Assembly (NCBI GenBank): GCA_965649765.1
Contig: OZ287751.1
Location: forward strand, 70,556,001 to 70,620,000
Source: Bispira polyomma
Taxonomy: Eukaryota
Length of the DNA stretch: 64,000 nt
Direction: 5' to 3'
The notes under the pieces were generated by a model. It worked only from the letters and a program-made list of their open reading frames with translations. It made no database searches and was not told the DNA's origin. Made by a program: the position numbers and the translations under genes. This document shows, one piece after another, positions 50,041 to 61,793 of the stretch; positions within the stretch are counted from its first letter, which is position 1, and every line of letters begins with the position of its first letter.

Positions 50041-52974
50041 AATTTTGTGTTATCTGTACATCCATCTCATTTGCATTATAACTCTTATTCTGTGTACTTG
50101 CACAGGAAATGCAGCTCTTTACAGTTAATGATATAAAAGCTGTAATAAAGAAAAAGCCACAACTTATCTCTATCGTTTAGTGTCTATAAAGGGGGTCATA
50201 TGTGGCCTCAGTACAAAAATCTCTGCACAGAGATTTAATGCCAGCCAAACATATTTACCTAAGTTTTTTTATCAAACTATATTCTCTGTATTATCCATTG
50301 ATGTCTATCACAGCTGACATTGAGGACTTTTTTATGTGGACATTTGGCTCTGAGGGTTTGTAGACGTCCCCTTTATATACTCTGAAAGGCAGTAATAAAA
50401 GGTTGTCTATGTTGGTTGTTTGAAGCCAAAATGGAAGTTCAGGTTGCTTAAGAAAATATGCCAGTGGTATTCACAGAAGACAAAAGTCTCTGCTTAGCCC
50501 TTTTGTGAACACCGCCCAGATCTTGCTAAAAATATATTCTTTGTAACAGATTTAGATTTCACTGATATTACAATTTATAGTTTGTGTTTGATAATGTAAT
50601 ATGTTTTTGTCTCAAAACTTACAATAAATGTAAGCATATAATAAGCAGCTACACATATGGGACATAATAAAAACATTTTTACAGAGAAATATTACAATTT
50701 AATTGATGAATAATTTTAAGAGCAAATTATTAGTTCCCAAATTAATCTGAATCAGGGAAGATGTTAAATTTAAATATTTTTAAGAAAAGTACCAACTATT
50801 ATCATTACAAATATTGTCTGAAATGGTGTCTGAAAAATGATTTTTTTATGGGGAATAAAGATTTTTTACCCCCCACCCAAATATTTGCACAATTTGTGCC
50901 TACACTAGCATTAACTTAGGCTCTCTTTTTTGGCTTTAAGGAGTCAGCTATCTACACAAGACTATTTAAGTAAAGTAAGAATATCACTGATGATCTAAAT
51001 ATACACATGTATCCATAAAGTTCATCAATATGTATATCAACTTATTATCTCAGCAATATATTGATTTTTATGTTACCATGTCGAGATGATATTTGAGTTA
51101 TTTTACATTTTATCTAAAGTTTGCTCAAGATAATTATCTGCAACACATTCTGGTTGATTTCAACGATACGCCTAAATGAGTTTTTTAATAGTTCATATTT
51201 GTAGTAACTGCCATACTGCCTCTTTTTATGTTTCATACAAGGTGATCGATGATCCTGATATCACCTTGATACAAGTTATATCCTTAGTGTTTCTTTGTTT
51301 TAAACCAAAAGATTAATAGTCAAATGATGCATTGCCTTTAGCCTAACCATCTGTGATGTCTCTCAGCCAGATTAATCCTAAACAAAAACGCCCAATTAAA
51401 TCCACATGGTAAACAACCTTTTTACTACTTAACTATTCCCTACAAATAACATCACACACCCTCTATTTGGTTCTCAACGTCCGTTCGATATCAGTGTTTC
51501 GAACAAATCTGGTTTCAAGGATGAGAAGTTTATTCTATTGTACCTCATTCTTACAACTCGAACAATATTTGATCTCTTTTATAGTAAATGTTAAGACATA
51601 TCACACTACACATTGTCAATAATAATATATTATGGAGCATTATATGGTTCTTTATCACAAAAGTGACTAGGATGCATAGGTGCTATGACGAGATTTTACA
51701 ACATTTTTCCTATCGACAGCAAGAATAAGTCAACATGCTTAAAAGCATGTTCATCTATTTTACTTTGCAAACCATTTCCGTCAGCAAGTCTACTGTCAAC
51801 TCTCCCACATACATTCTATGACTCAGATTCAAACCCAAGACTGCAGAAATTGATAGCAAGAGTGTTTACTCAGCAAAGATCAACTGAAATCTATGTTGTT
51901 TCATGGTGTATAACAATTGTATTTAAATATTCTTAAACTGACATTTTAAAGTTAAAGTACACCTTCGTTTAATATTTTAGATATAAAGTACATGTCTACT
52001 GTGTATATCAAATTGATATGTACATATATTGTAGTACGTACAATTTAAATGATGTATAAAATAAACAGTACTTTCAAGTGGTGTGTTCTTGAAATTTCGC
52101 ATCTGGGTGTGGCGGGGTCTGTTCAGATGTCATTTTGGTTTATATGTGATGACAATAGCTATACCAGAAAGTAAAACGAAGTATTCCTATGTTGTCCATT
52201 ACCAAAAAAATGTGTCTGTTAATGACCTCTGTGCTATCCCTGGCCTGTTCTGTTCCCAATGGTTGTAGCATTAGGGTTGTTTGCCTTGAAATACAGGAGG
52301 ACTAATTTGGTAATATTCTAGAATTAGCAAATCATTTAGTCCCTGTTGGCGGAGTACACATATGTTAATATATTAATGTTTTCTTAATTATTATCTTTAT
52401 CAATGATTGAGAAAAATCTTAAGTTTGCAGCCATTTTATAGATATTCTTTCAACCTTTTTGAAAAGTATTCTCTCATATGCCTTGTGATATATCATTTAA
52501 TAATGTCATGTAATGTCACTTTAGTGCAAAGAACATTAAGCACTATATATATAATATAGTGCCATAAGGTCTGAACTAATAGGAATAATACCAATCAATA
52601 TGGTGAAGCATTTATCTGATCGATATCCGCCCACATAAATTAGATTTATTAGTTTGTGTAACTATGGTTCCTTTAATGTTACAATAGCATTAAAAAGTCA
52701 TTGATAAAAGCAATGAATTCCATACTCAGTTTAGTGACTGATAAAATGATAGAAAGAGACAATAAACTATACACAGTTAGATATGGAAATTGCAAGCTAC
52801 TAAGTGGTATAGCTGTTGCTAAACATAGACAACCTAGCTATAGTAATGTTACATATATGTTACAGTGAATATGTGTACTCAGGCTTACGTGTATTCCCTT
52901 AAAATTTCAGTGAATACAGGAGCACCCATTATAGTCCAAACCTCTGCCGTGGGATACAAAACTATGTCACTATT

Positions 52975-53290
52975 GGAGAGTTTTGTATACTAATTTTAAA
53001 CAGGGGAACGCCCTATAAGTCAACGAATCGGTCTGATAAACCTAATTCCAAAAACGGATAAGAACCTGAGATACCTATAGTCATGGGGATCAGTCAGTCT
53101 GCTAGTAACCCATTATATTATACTAACAATAATAGAATATATGATGCTATAAAAAAGTAAAATGCATACACCTAGAATCTTAACCCCAATTGGATTTGAA
53201 AAGGCTTTTGATACCATTGAGTGGCTTCTTCTTTTTTTTTCTGAGAATCTAAGATCTTTCATTTGTGGATACAAAATTGCATTATAGATG
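52975..53290 (+). mobile_element. L1/Tx1 RT fragment, copy A of a local duplication
   Basis: LIPK.DK.LRYL and DFEKAFDTIEW remnants; similar to 55247-55620. Confidence 0.7.
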
Positions 53291-53298
53291 AAAATATG

Positions 53299-54670
53299 CT
53301 AAAAGTTGGCTTTAAAACTTATGACAAGCTTAAATAACATATGGTGGTCTCAACCTCAGTGCGTACATATTATAATAGCTTTTAGCATAGTATAACACTA
53401 ATATCTCCCACACTAACGTCTACACACATGTTTCGTCTCCAATTCGAATGTCACACTCAGAGTCACCAAGGTAATGCACTGTCCAAACAATGATGAGTCT
53501 AATGCATACACATGTACTTTCTTCATGATGTTTACTAATGATGCTAAACCTTGTGCTTTTTCTTAAATCAGACCTTAGATGGTTATCCATCATTACTTAC
53601 TCAAAAATATTTTAGACAATTTGTTTCTTAAATGTGATGAGATATATGTTATTGGATATAAGTGCTCTCAAGTATCAATCCATCACAATAAATGTTTTTC
53701 ACACTAAGTGATCATGAAACAAACTAATGCAAATTCTAAATTTTTTTTTGATCTACTGCTAATTAACTAAATGCCAACATAAATATGAGAAAAAGTAACA
53801 ATTGAACTGATAATGTTAACATTGATGAAGGAAAATAATGAAAAATTATAATATATTGAAAGTTATTAAACTATAGAAAATGTATACTATAGACAATTAG
53901 TAAAACTATACATATGGGTACTTACAATAGTAAGAGACTCAGAATGTCAGTACATTAGTCCTTACCAGCTTACCAGTTATAAATCAGACCTATGTTTGGG
54001 TCATGTATTTTGTCTGTTTGAAAATTGTGACGAATAATAAAAACTAATAAATAGTGACAAATTGTTATTTCTAGCAAACTGTGCTTTTAACAAGTTTAAA
54101 TTTCTAGTAAGTCTCTTGTAAAGAACAAAATTCCTGTTGAGATTGTTTACTTGTGATTCTTTAATCCCCTGAGCATTATTCATTTTAGTATTCACTGTAT
54201 ATTTTACTATTTCACATAAGACTAATAGAAAAGCAGAGATATTAAAAAAAACTATATGTCTGTTTCTGGCCCCTCCAGATATAAAGTTTCCTGTGTTTGG
54301 GCAGTGCATTACTTGACCTTTAGATCTTGCTCTGATTTGTGATAGCAGCAAAATATAGCACTTTTTCACAAAAGAACCGTCACTTACCTACTGAAAATAG
54401 CTAAGATGTTAAGGTATTAAGGTGTTATTCCTTGTGATGTGTCCTAGGTCTCTAAACAATGGTTTAATGTATCTCAATTCTAGGAAAGATGTCATCTGAT
54501 GCCATGGTTGTTAAATAGAGTCAGTAAATAATAAATTTTCCTTTATTTTGGAGGATAAACTGATTGCTTATAAGCATAAACTGATTGCTTATAAGCATGC
54601 ATAAACCAATTTAAAGTTAATTTGAAAAATATATATTCAAACGATTTGGTAGGATTTACTGAATTGCTAT
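53299..54670. repeat. Unclassified interspersed repeat, copy 1
   Basis: Collinear blocks match 61794-63960 (53299-53600 vs 61794-62105; 53885-54003 vs 62396-62509; 54274-54505 vs 63110-63345). Confidence 0.8.
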
Positions 54671-55246
54671 GACATTCATTTGAATTTTCAGTTATTCAAC
54701 CATTAGTTGCCAAAAATAAAACATTTATTTGCGTCGATCCAGAGAATCCCAAACATTTTAGAATTCCAAAGAAAAAATCAAACTGCGATTATGAAAAGTT
54801 TTCTAAAAAGTGCTCTTGCTTCAAACTTTTAGATATTAATGAGTAAAATTAAATATAATTTTTTTTAAATATTGCTTTCTTGCTAAATTGCAAAATCAAT
54901 AGAACTTTTATTTTCATGTCAAAGTTTTGATTTTCTTTAAAAAAACAACTTTGTTTATATTGTAATAGAATTGTTCTTTTCATGTATCAAACCATAGATT
55001 TTGTGTACTTTGTATATATGTACTGTTGGAATTAACAACAAAAATCAATAAAAAAACAAAATAAAAGCAATCTTTGGTTCAGATTTTGAATTGCCAAAGT
55101 AAAATTAAGCATTCCCATGTTGTCCATTACCAAACATTTTGTATGTTAATGCTTTCTGTGCAGTCCCCAGTTATTTGATAATGGGATTAGCATTGTCAGC
55201 CTTGAAATCCAAGAGGACTAATTGGTAAGAGCCAAATTTCCATCGG

Positions 55247-56000
55247 ACAGTTTTGTATACTAATTTCAAACACGAGAACTCCCTATAAGTTAACGAATCG
55301 GTCTGATAAGCCTAATTCCAAAAAAGGATAAGAGCCTGAGATACCTAAAGTTATTGAGACCAAACAGTTTGCTAGTAACCCATTTTAATATACTAACAAA
55401 AACCCTCTGAATAAAACTGCAAACATTAATATCAAATTTAATAAACACACCAAACAGGTAATGTTAAGATAAGACATGTTAGAGAAAATATTTGAATAAT
55501 AGAAGATATGATGCTATAAACAAGTGAAATGAATGCACCTATAACCTTAACCGTAATTAGATTTGTCTCTTTGAGAATCTACGATCTTTCATTCTGGGAT
55601 AAAAAATTGTATCATAGATAATGCTACTCTATACAAACATAAAATCATGTACTACAAATAATGGATATATTTCAAATTTCTTTGAAGTACACAGGGGTAT
55701 CAGGCAACGTTGCCATATCCCAGCCCTATCTTAGTGGCTGAACTAATGGCTATCAGTATAATGGAGGAGAATGAAATTGGTGACATGCATATTGAAAGTG
55801 AAAGATTCAAAATTTTTCAATTAGCCGATGACACCACCTTATTTCTTAATGGCCTCAGCTACCTAGAACTGGCCCTGAAAATTAGTCTATGGGGATATTA
55901 ATTATACCCTTGCCAAATGTCTCAGGATACCAACTAAATTAAAATCAGAAATACTGATTTAAAAACATAAGGCATTTGGTTTTCAAAGGATAATGAAGAA
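55247..56000 (+). mobile_element. L1/Tx1 RT fragment, copy B
   Basis: LIPKKDKSLRYLK, GIRQRC, FQLADDTTLFL. Confidence 0.75.
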
Positions 56001-56359
56001 AGGACAAACTTATATATTTTATGTTCACTGGTGATATACAATGTTACATTAGAGACATTAATATATATCAACTAGTTTTTAAAGATTTGGAAAATTTAAA
56101 TACAACTCTTCTTAGATACATGTTAATGAAACGTTGTCCTACATAGTCTTTACAATGGAGTGACAAAAAATATATAAGAAAGAAATAGAAATCAACTTAC
56201 CTTTTCCATGTCATATGATTCTGACAATACCTACTCTGTCTTTAAGTAGACATTAATTCATTTGCATAAAGTCCTTTATAGGAATAATTGCCTCCATATC
56301 TAAACCAATCTAGTTTTCTAGATGATAATCAATTTATACAAAAGTTCTTGTTCCTTACT

Positions 56360-57676
56360 TACAGAAGAGGAGAAGGGCCAACCTTTTTATATTTTTTTTT
56401 TACAAGAGCCAACTTTTTTTTTTGAATTGTCGAGATGATATTTCGGTAATTTTTTTTTTTTTTGTATAATATATTTTATTTTCTAATGTACAATAGTTAA
56501 TAACATGGCGTTTGGGCATTTTAGTAAATTATGTATAAAACGCATTTGTAACATATAGTTCATACTAAAAGTCATTCCTTAAATATAAATGGCAGTTTAT
56601 TTTGAAAGGTAGCCCTTGAGGTTGCTTTAACTAAAACTGCTGAGTTACTAGTAAAGATTCAAGTAACTTAAACTAAATGTAAGATGACCTTAAGTCTCTC
56701 CTTCACTAATAGTATGCCATAATGGGTAGATGACCTTAAGTCATTCTACTTTTCTTAATTAAAGTTAACCTTAAAAGCATGGTTATTATAGTTAATGTTA
56801 ACCTTAAAGTCATTCACATTATGGTAATTATAGTTTTGTAAGGCGACCTCAAAGTCACAGTGTTATCTATGCTCATGGTTAACTTAATTATGTTAAGGTG
56901 GTCTTAACTTCTCGGTCACCTAAAATTGTAAATAGTAGTGTTTTAACCTGACTAACCTTTTAGTGATTAAATGTTAGATGTTAGTGAGGGAATATAGTGC
57001 CCAAAGTGTCATACGCCTTTCCTTTGTCATTATCTTATATCACTTGCTTTCCACATCTTGGGTGGTCTGTGGACTGACTTTATGTAAATTAAATGACAAA
57101 TACTGACCAATTTTGTTGAAATTGACTTTTGTTGAAAGCCTGATTAAATGACTGTTTGTATCTTTTCCTGATTAACTACTTTTGACCCTGTGACTGTTTG
57201 CTGATTAACCACTTTTGACCTCTATGACCGTTTGTGTCTGACACTAAGTAACAACTTTTGACCTCTATGACCATTTGTATCTCGCCCTAATTAACTACTT
57301 TTGATATGTATGACTGGTTGTTTCTTGCCCTGATTAACTACTTTTAACCATATGACAGTTGACTGATTAACTAATTTTGATCTCTGTGACTGTTTGCTGA
57401 TTAACTTTTGACCCGATGACTGTATGTGCCCTTCTCCATGTTGTCTGTTCAGTTGGCCACTCACACACCTTGCTTCTCCATGGTGGATAATTATCTCGAT
57501 TTATAGAGATAATATGGTGACAATAAAAAAAATTCTTTTAATTATCTCAATAAATCAAGATATTATTTTGACAATTCAAAATTCAAAAAAAAATTTCCTT
57601 TTACTTATCTCGATTTATCGCGATAGTATCTCGACAATTCAAATAAAAAAAAAGTTGGCCCTTATACTCTTCCATA
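56360..57676. mobile_element. Long-TIR non-autonomous element split by a ~1-kb insertion
   Basis: Left end TACAGAAGAGGAGAAGGGCCAAC...TTTGAATTGTCGAGAT versus right end ATCTCGACAATTCAAA...GTTGGCCCTTATACTCTTCCATA. Internal ~55-60-bp repeats at 57487-57650. Confidence 0.7.
57130..57425. repeat. Degenerate minisatellite, ~30-45-bp unit, about 8 copies
   Basis: Recurrent CTGATTAACTACTTTTGACC..TGACTGTTTG. Confidence 0.85.
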
Positions 57677-57805
57677 CTTCTCGACCTTATAACAAAATAT
57701 TTTGACCTCAAAATCATATCACCTACTCCTAAGTACTGTCACAGTGGTGTTTTAGGCAGGATGAAATTAATTTTTCTATTTTAACAACCAGAGAACTGTT
57801 GTAAA

Positions 57806-58850
57806 AGTAATTTCACAGTAATAAAACAAGTAAATTAATGACTCTATATCGGTATTACATAATCAACAATTGCTATTACTTTCTAATTTCATTTTTAACC
57901 TTAACTTGCTAGTACCTAGATTTCGATGTATTACCTTTTTTTGAAACCAAACAAGTGCATTGTCCAAAAAACATACTTTAAATATACTTTTCCAGATGCT
58001 ATTATTCATTACAGTGGAAAATCAAAATGCCACTTTGTTCATTGCTCCTTTAGATGACTTTAAAAAAATTAGTAAATTGTTAGGGTGTATTTGAAATTTA
58101 GGAACAACTATATCGCTTTGTTTATATTAATTGATAAATTTAGTTTTTAATCCCCTGACTCTGTAATAGTCAAAATAAGTGGTCAAAGAGAGGTTATTTT
58201 CCTTTTTAATCTCGGCTACAAATTTGATTCCTGCCCGATAACATTTAGTAATAACAGATTACATTGAGATATATGTCTGTTATACCAGAGCGAAGAGGCC
58301 AAACAATTAATTCTCGATTTTATAATATGAACAACCTATATCCAGGCTTCAATAACTGATTTCCAAAAAGCTTTAGCACTTTCTGACAATATTTTATTAC
58401 ACCAAAAGTGCGCCACAGAATGCACGATATTTACAGTTATAGACTGTTTGATCAAAGATAAATATCCATGGAGATTAGTGGCCTTTCTTGATCCGTCTGA
58501 TCCAAGTAGTCTTCAGTGCATCAATAAAATGTCTCGTGCTAACCATTTTTAAACCCGCAGCTAAGTATGGCTGGCTCAGAATTAAGGTACTTATTTTATC
58601 CGGATTATTATTTAAATAAATCCGTCCAGCATTTTTGATATTTTATTTATAAATTTGAAGGTGGGGTACGAAGAATAATATGGTTAAGCTAAAACTATGG
58701 TTATTACAAATACTAGAAATTAAAGTTGAGTTAACAGCATATGAAATCCTGTTTGGAACACTGTTTCGCAATAACAATGTACTGATAGCTATTAATTATG
58801 TAATTTTTTTTTATGAATGGAACATCAATAATAGAAACTTAAATAGGAAA
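57806..58850. mobile_element. L1/Tx1 3' region with an internal inversion (57806-~58668 minus; ~58672-58850 plus)
   Basis: Minus strand: NNPDKI, GLKMV...FIDALKTTWIRR, ending at the zinc knuckle C.LC....ESL.YLFYYCEIT. Plus strand resumes IW..LKLWL...EILFG...INYVI. Confidence 0.75.
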
Positions 58851-61335
58851 ATAATAATAATAATAGAAGCATTTATAAAGTCTGTTTCCACGTGTGTGGC
58901 TTCTTTACTTGATTAAGGAAGATAGGTAGGGAGGTTGGCAATAGTTAATAGCCTTGAAAACTAGCAGGTTGTATTTGAAAAGGATGGGATGTTGAATGGG
59001 AAGCCAGTGGCGTTTTTTAAGGTAAGGGGTGACATGGCTGAATCTGTTAAGCCTGTAAACAATGCGACAGAGAGTATTTTGGACTCTCTGGAGTTTGGCA
59101 ATATTAGCCTTACTGACCCCATATTGTAAAGAGTTGCAGTAGTTCAAATGGCTACTGACCATAGCATTTGCAACCAGAACTGCAATATCAGTGCTAAGAA
59201 ATCCACAAATTTGTCGCAGATGACGTAGATGATAGTAACAGGCAAGGCAAACCTTGGCAATATGGTTATAAAAGAAGTTGTCCGAGTTAAAGATGACACC
59301 CAGGTTTTTTACCTCCGCTGATGGAGTGATATTGTTTTGGAGAAATGAAACAGAAAATTTTGGTGTAAGTAACTCTGTGGTGGGTTTGTTACTTATAATA
59401 ATAAACTAATAATGAATGTTTTATCTGGGTTGATTTTGTACAATCCGTCCACTCCTGGACTGATTTTAAACAGTCAGTAAGCTCGGCAATACTTGAGTCA
59501 AAGTTCCTGGAGTCAAGTGCTAAGTATACTTGTGTGTCATCAGCATACAGGTAATGGGTAACATTAAACTTTGAAATGACTTGACTGAGGGAGGGTACAG
59601 GGTGAAAAGCAGAGGACCCAAGACAGAACCTTGGGGAACACCGAAAGGGAGCAGAAAGACCCTAGAAAAACTGCTACCAATTTTGATTTTTTGTTTATGG
59701 TCTAGGAGGTAGGATTTGATCCACCGCAATACAGTCCCATCAATTCCAAACCAGTCCGATAAACAGTCATATAAAATGGAGTGATTGATGGTGTCAAAAG
59801 CTGATGTAGCTATATCATTTTAATTCTTGAGTAGAGCGTTCTCTGTGGAGTGGGAGCTCCGGTATGCAGATTGTTTAACATTTGCGATACCTTCTTGGAA
59901 GATAAATCCATTTAGCTGTTTAGCCACGACCTTTTCAATGAGTTTTAAAATTAAACTAAGATTCGACACCAGTCTGTAGTTCTTTAGGATGTTTCTGTCC
60001 AGGCTGGGGGAGGATTGTAAAATTTTGAGCAAGTGCTGCTCAGATACTGGTGTAAAAGTAGACAAAGTGTGTTTTATGAGGTGTGGTCTAGTGATTGCCG
60101 CTGATAATAAAGACTGTAAGGTGGACCTAATCTTGACTATTTTCTCAAAAAAGAAATTACCAAAAGTGTTAGCTAAGTCGGCAAGGTTTGTGTAGTCTGG
60201 CAAAACAACTCCCAAGGACTTATGTAGAGTGGTTTTAAAACATTTCCATAATGCGTTTGGGTTTCCCTGATTTTCAGCAACAATGTTTGAGAGTTATCGC
60301 GGCGCCATGCGGTGCTCATGAATGTTGCTGTTTATGAATCCAGTCTCAGGATGCTTTGGTACACGCTTCCTCTTCATTGGGGCATGCTTGTCAAGGAGGT
60401 TATGGAGGGTGGTAAAATATTGATGACTGAGAAAGTTGACCTGTCAGAAATTACAGAACTCTTTGACTGGAATAGCAACAGTAAAGGTGATTGCCAGGTG
60501 ATCTGATAAACCGCCAACAACTTTTGAGCAAACGGCTGGCGAAAGAGATTCCCTGATGCACAGAGCATCCAGGGTGTGGCTGTAAATGTGTGTAGGGGAA
60601 TTAATCAGTTGAACAAAACTGTATTACAAAATCCAGAAAAGCAGCAGACTTGTTTCTTATGGATCTAACGTTGAGCAGACACCCGGAGAAAAGTCTAGGA
60701 TCAGGGCCAGGATTTAGACTGACATCACTTGAAAGGATCAGCAGAACTGATACCCAAGGAGATAGATTCCTGAATGTGTTTGACACTCTTTGGCAATAGC
60801 CTTGGATTGCCAAAAAGACATAGTTGATACTATTGACGCATGGATGGAAGCCAGACTGAATAAGCAGTACAGAAGAAAATGGGGTGGGTTTAGATGAATC
60901 AAAAGCATAAATGCCGATCAATATAAGGTAGCCGGTGAAAAACAGGAGATGCATGCCTGTTACCAGGAGTACAAACAAAACACAAAAAAGGAATTTCTAG
61001 GAAGCTGTTGGTTAAACTGAGGCCCGTAGTAGTGAAAAATAAAATGTCAATGACAGCAGGCAATAAGTAGTGGCAAAAAATGTCAATCACATAGAACGAT
61101 AAGTAGTCGTAAAAGTGAGTATCTTGACAGTACTGACTGTGTGAAGGCCAAAAATTAAATAAACTCAAAATAGAACCATAATGGCCACAAAATTGAATTA
61201 AAGATTTACCAAGTAGTGTTACGATAATACCCGCGGATGAGCGATAACACCCGAAGGTTGAAAAGTTGACAATAATAAAGAAATAAGAAGGATAAACCAA
61301 AATTTTAGTGGACTGTGTAGCTCAAATAATAGAGG
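58851..61335 (-). mobile_element. Internally deleted L2/CR1-group LINE with hydrophobic leader, 2A-like motif, APE, RT and (ATT)n tail
   Basis: SDVSLNPGP, LLNVRSIRNK, PTH...HTLD, LSDH, LDKHAP, NYRLVSNL, QSAYR..HSTE, GVPQGSVLGP, YADD, LQRVQN, HVTP.LK..HWLP; tail at 58851-58865. Confidence 0.92.
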
Positions 61336-61487
61336 TAAAATAATTTAAAAAAACAACAACAAAAAACTCTTAAAGACAGCCATTTGATAGAATATAAACA
61401 GAATGGTAATAATTAATTTGACCGAAAGACCCATTTTTCTAGTAGTGTTCTTATGTATAAGGTAAATACGGTAATTGAATTACTCCC

Positions 61488-61608
61488 TGGTTTCTTGCTT
61501 GGCCCATGTCCCAGCATAAAGTGTGGCCAAAATCAGTTTAGTAGTGTAACCCTACTAACAAACATGCAAACAGACATGGGTGAAACATAACTTTCTTGAT
61601 GAGACAAT
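61488..61608 (-). mobile_element. Fragment of a HINE-type element related to 27142-27338
   Basis: Reverse complement reads GTTATGTTT...GTCTGTTTG..TGTTTGTTAG.AGG.TTAC...GGGACATGGGCCAAG.AAGAA. Confidence 0.5.
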
Positions 61609-61793
61609 TTTAGTCATTTACCATTAAATTTACCATATATATCTGTATATTACATTTTTATTTCCCATGTAGTAGGGCCAGGTTATCTTTAACCTTAATG
61701 TTAAATCTTTACGTAAAATCTTACATATAGTTGAATTATATTTCTACATGGGCGATAATAGAAGGTACTCTTAAGTGTACTTCAATTAATGTG

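Noticed and set aside
57130-57425. CRISPR-like repeat-spacer array (also considered for 16430-16690 and 40330-40800)
   Set aside because: Repeats are degenerate, intervening sequences are related or irregular, there are no cas genes, and the context is eukaryotic.
60310-60610. Foreign GC-richer insertion inside the LINE
   Set aside because: It translates as the APE C-terminus (PTH...HTLD...SDH) and LDKHAP, so it is native sequence next to a deletion.
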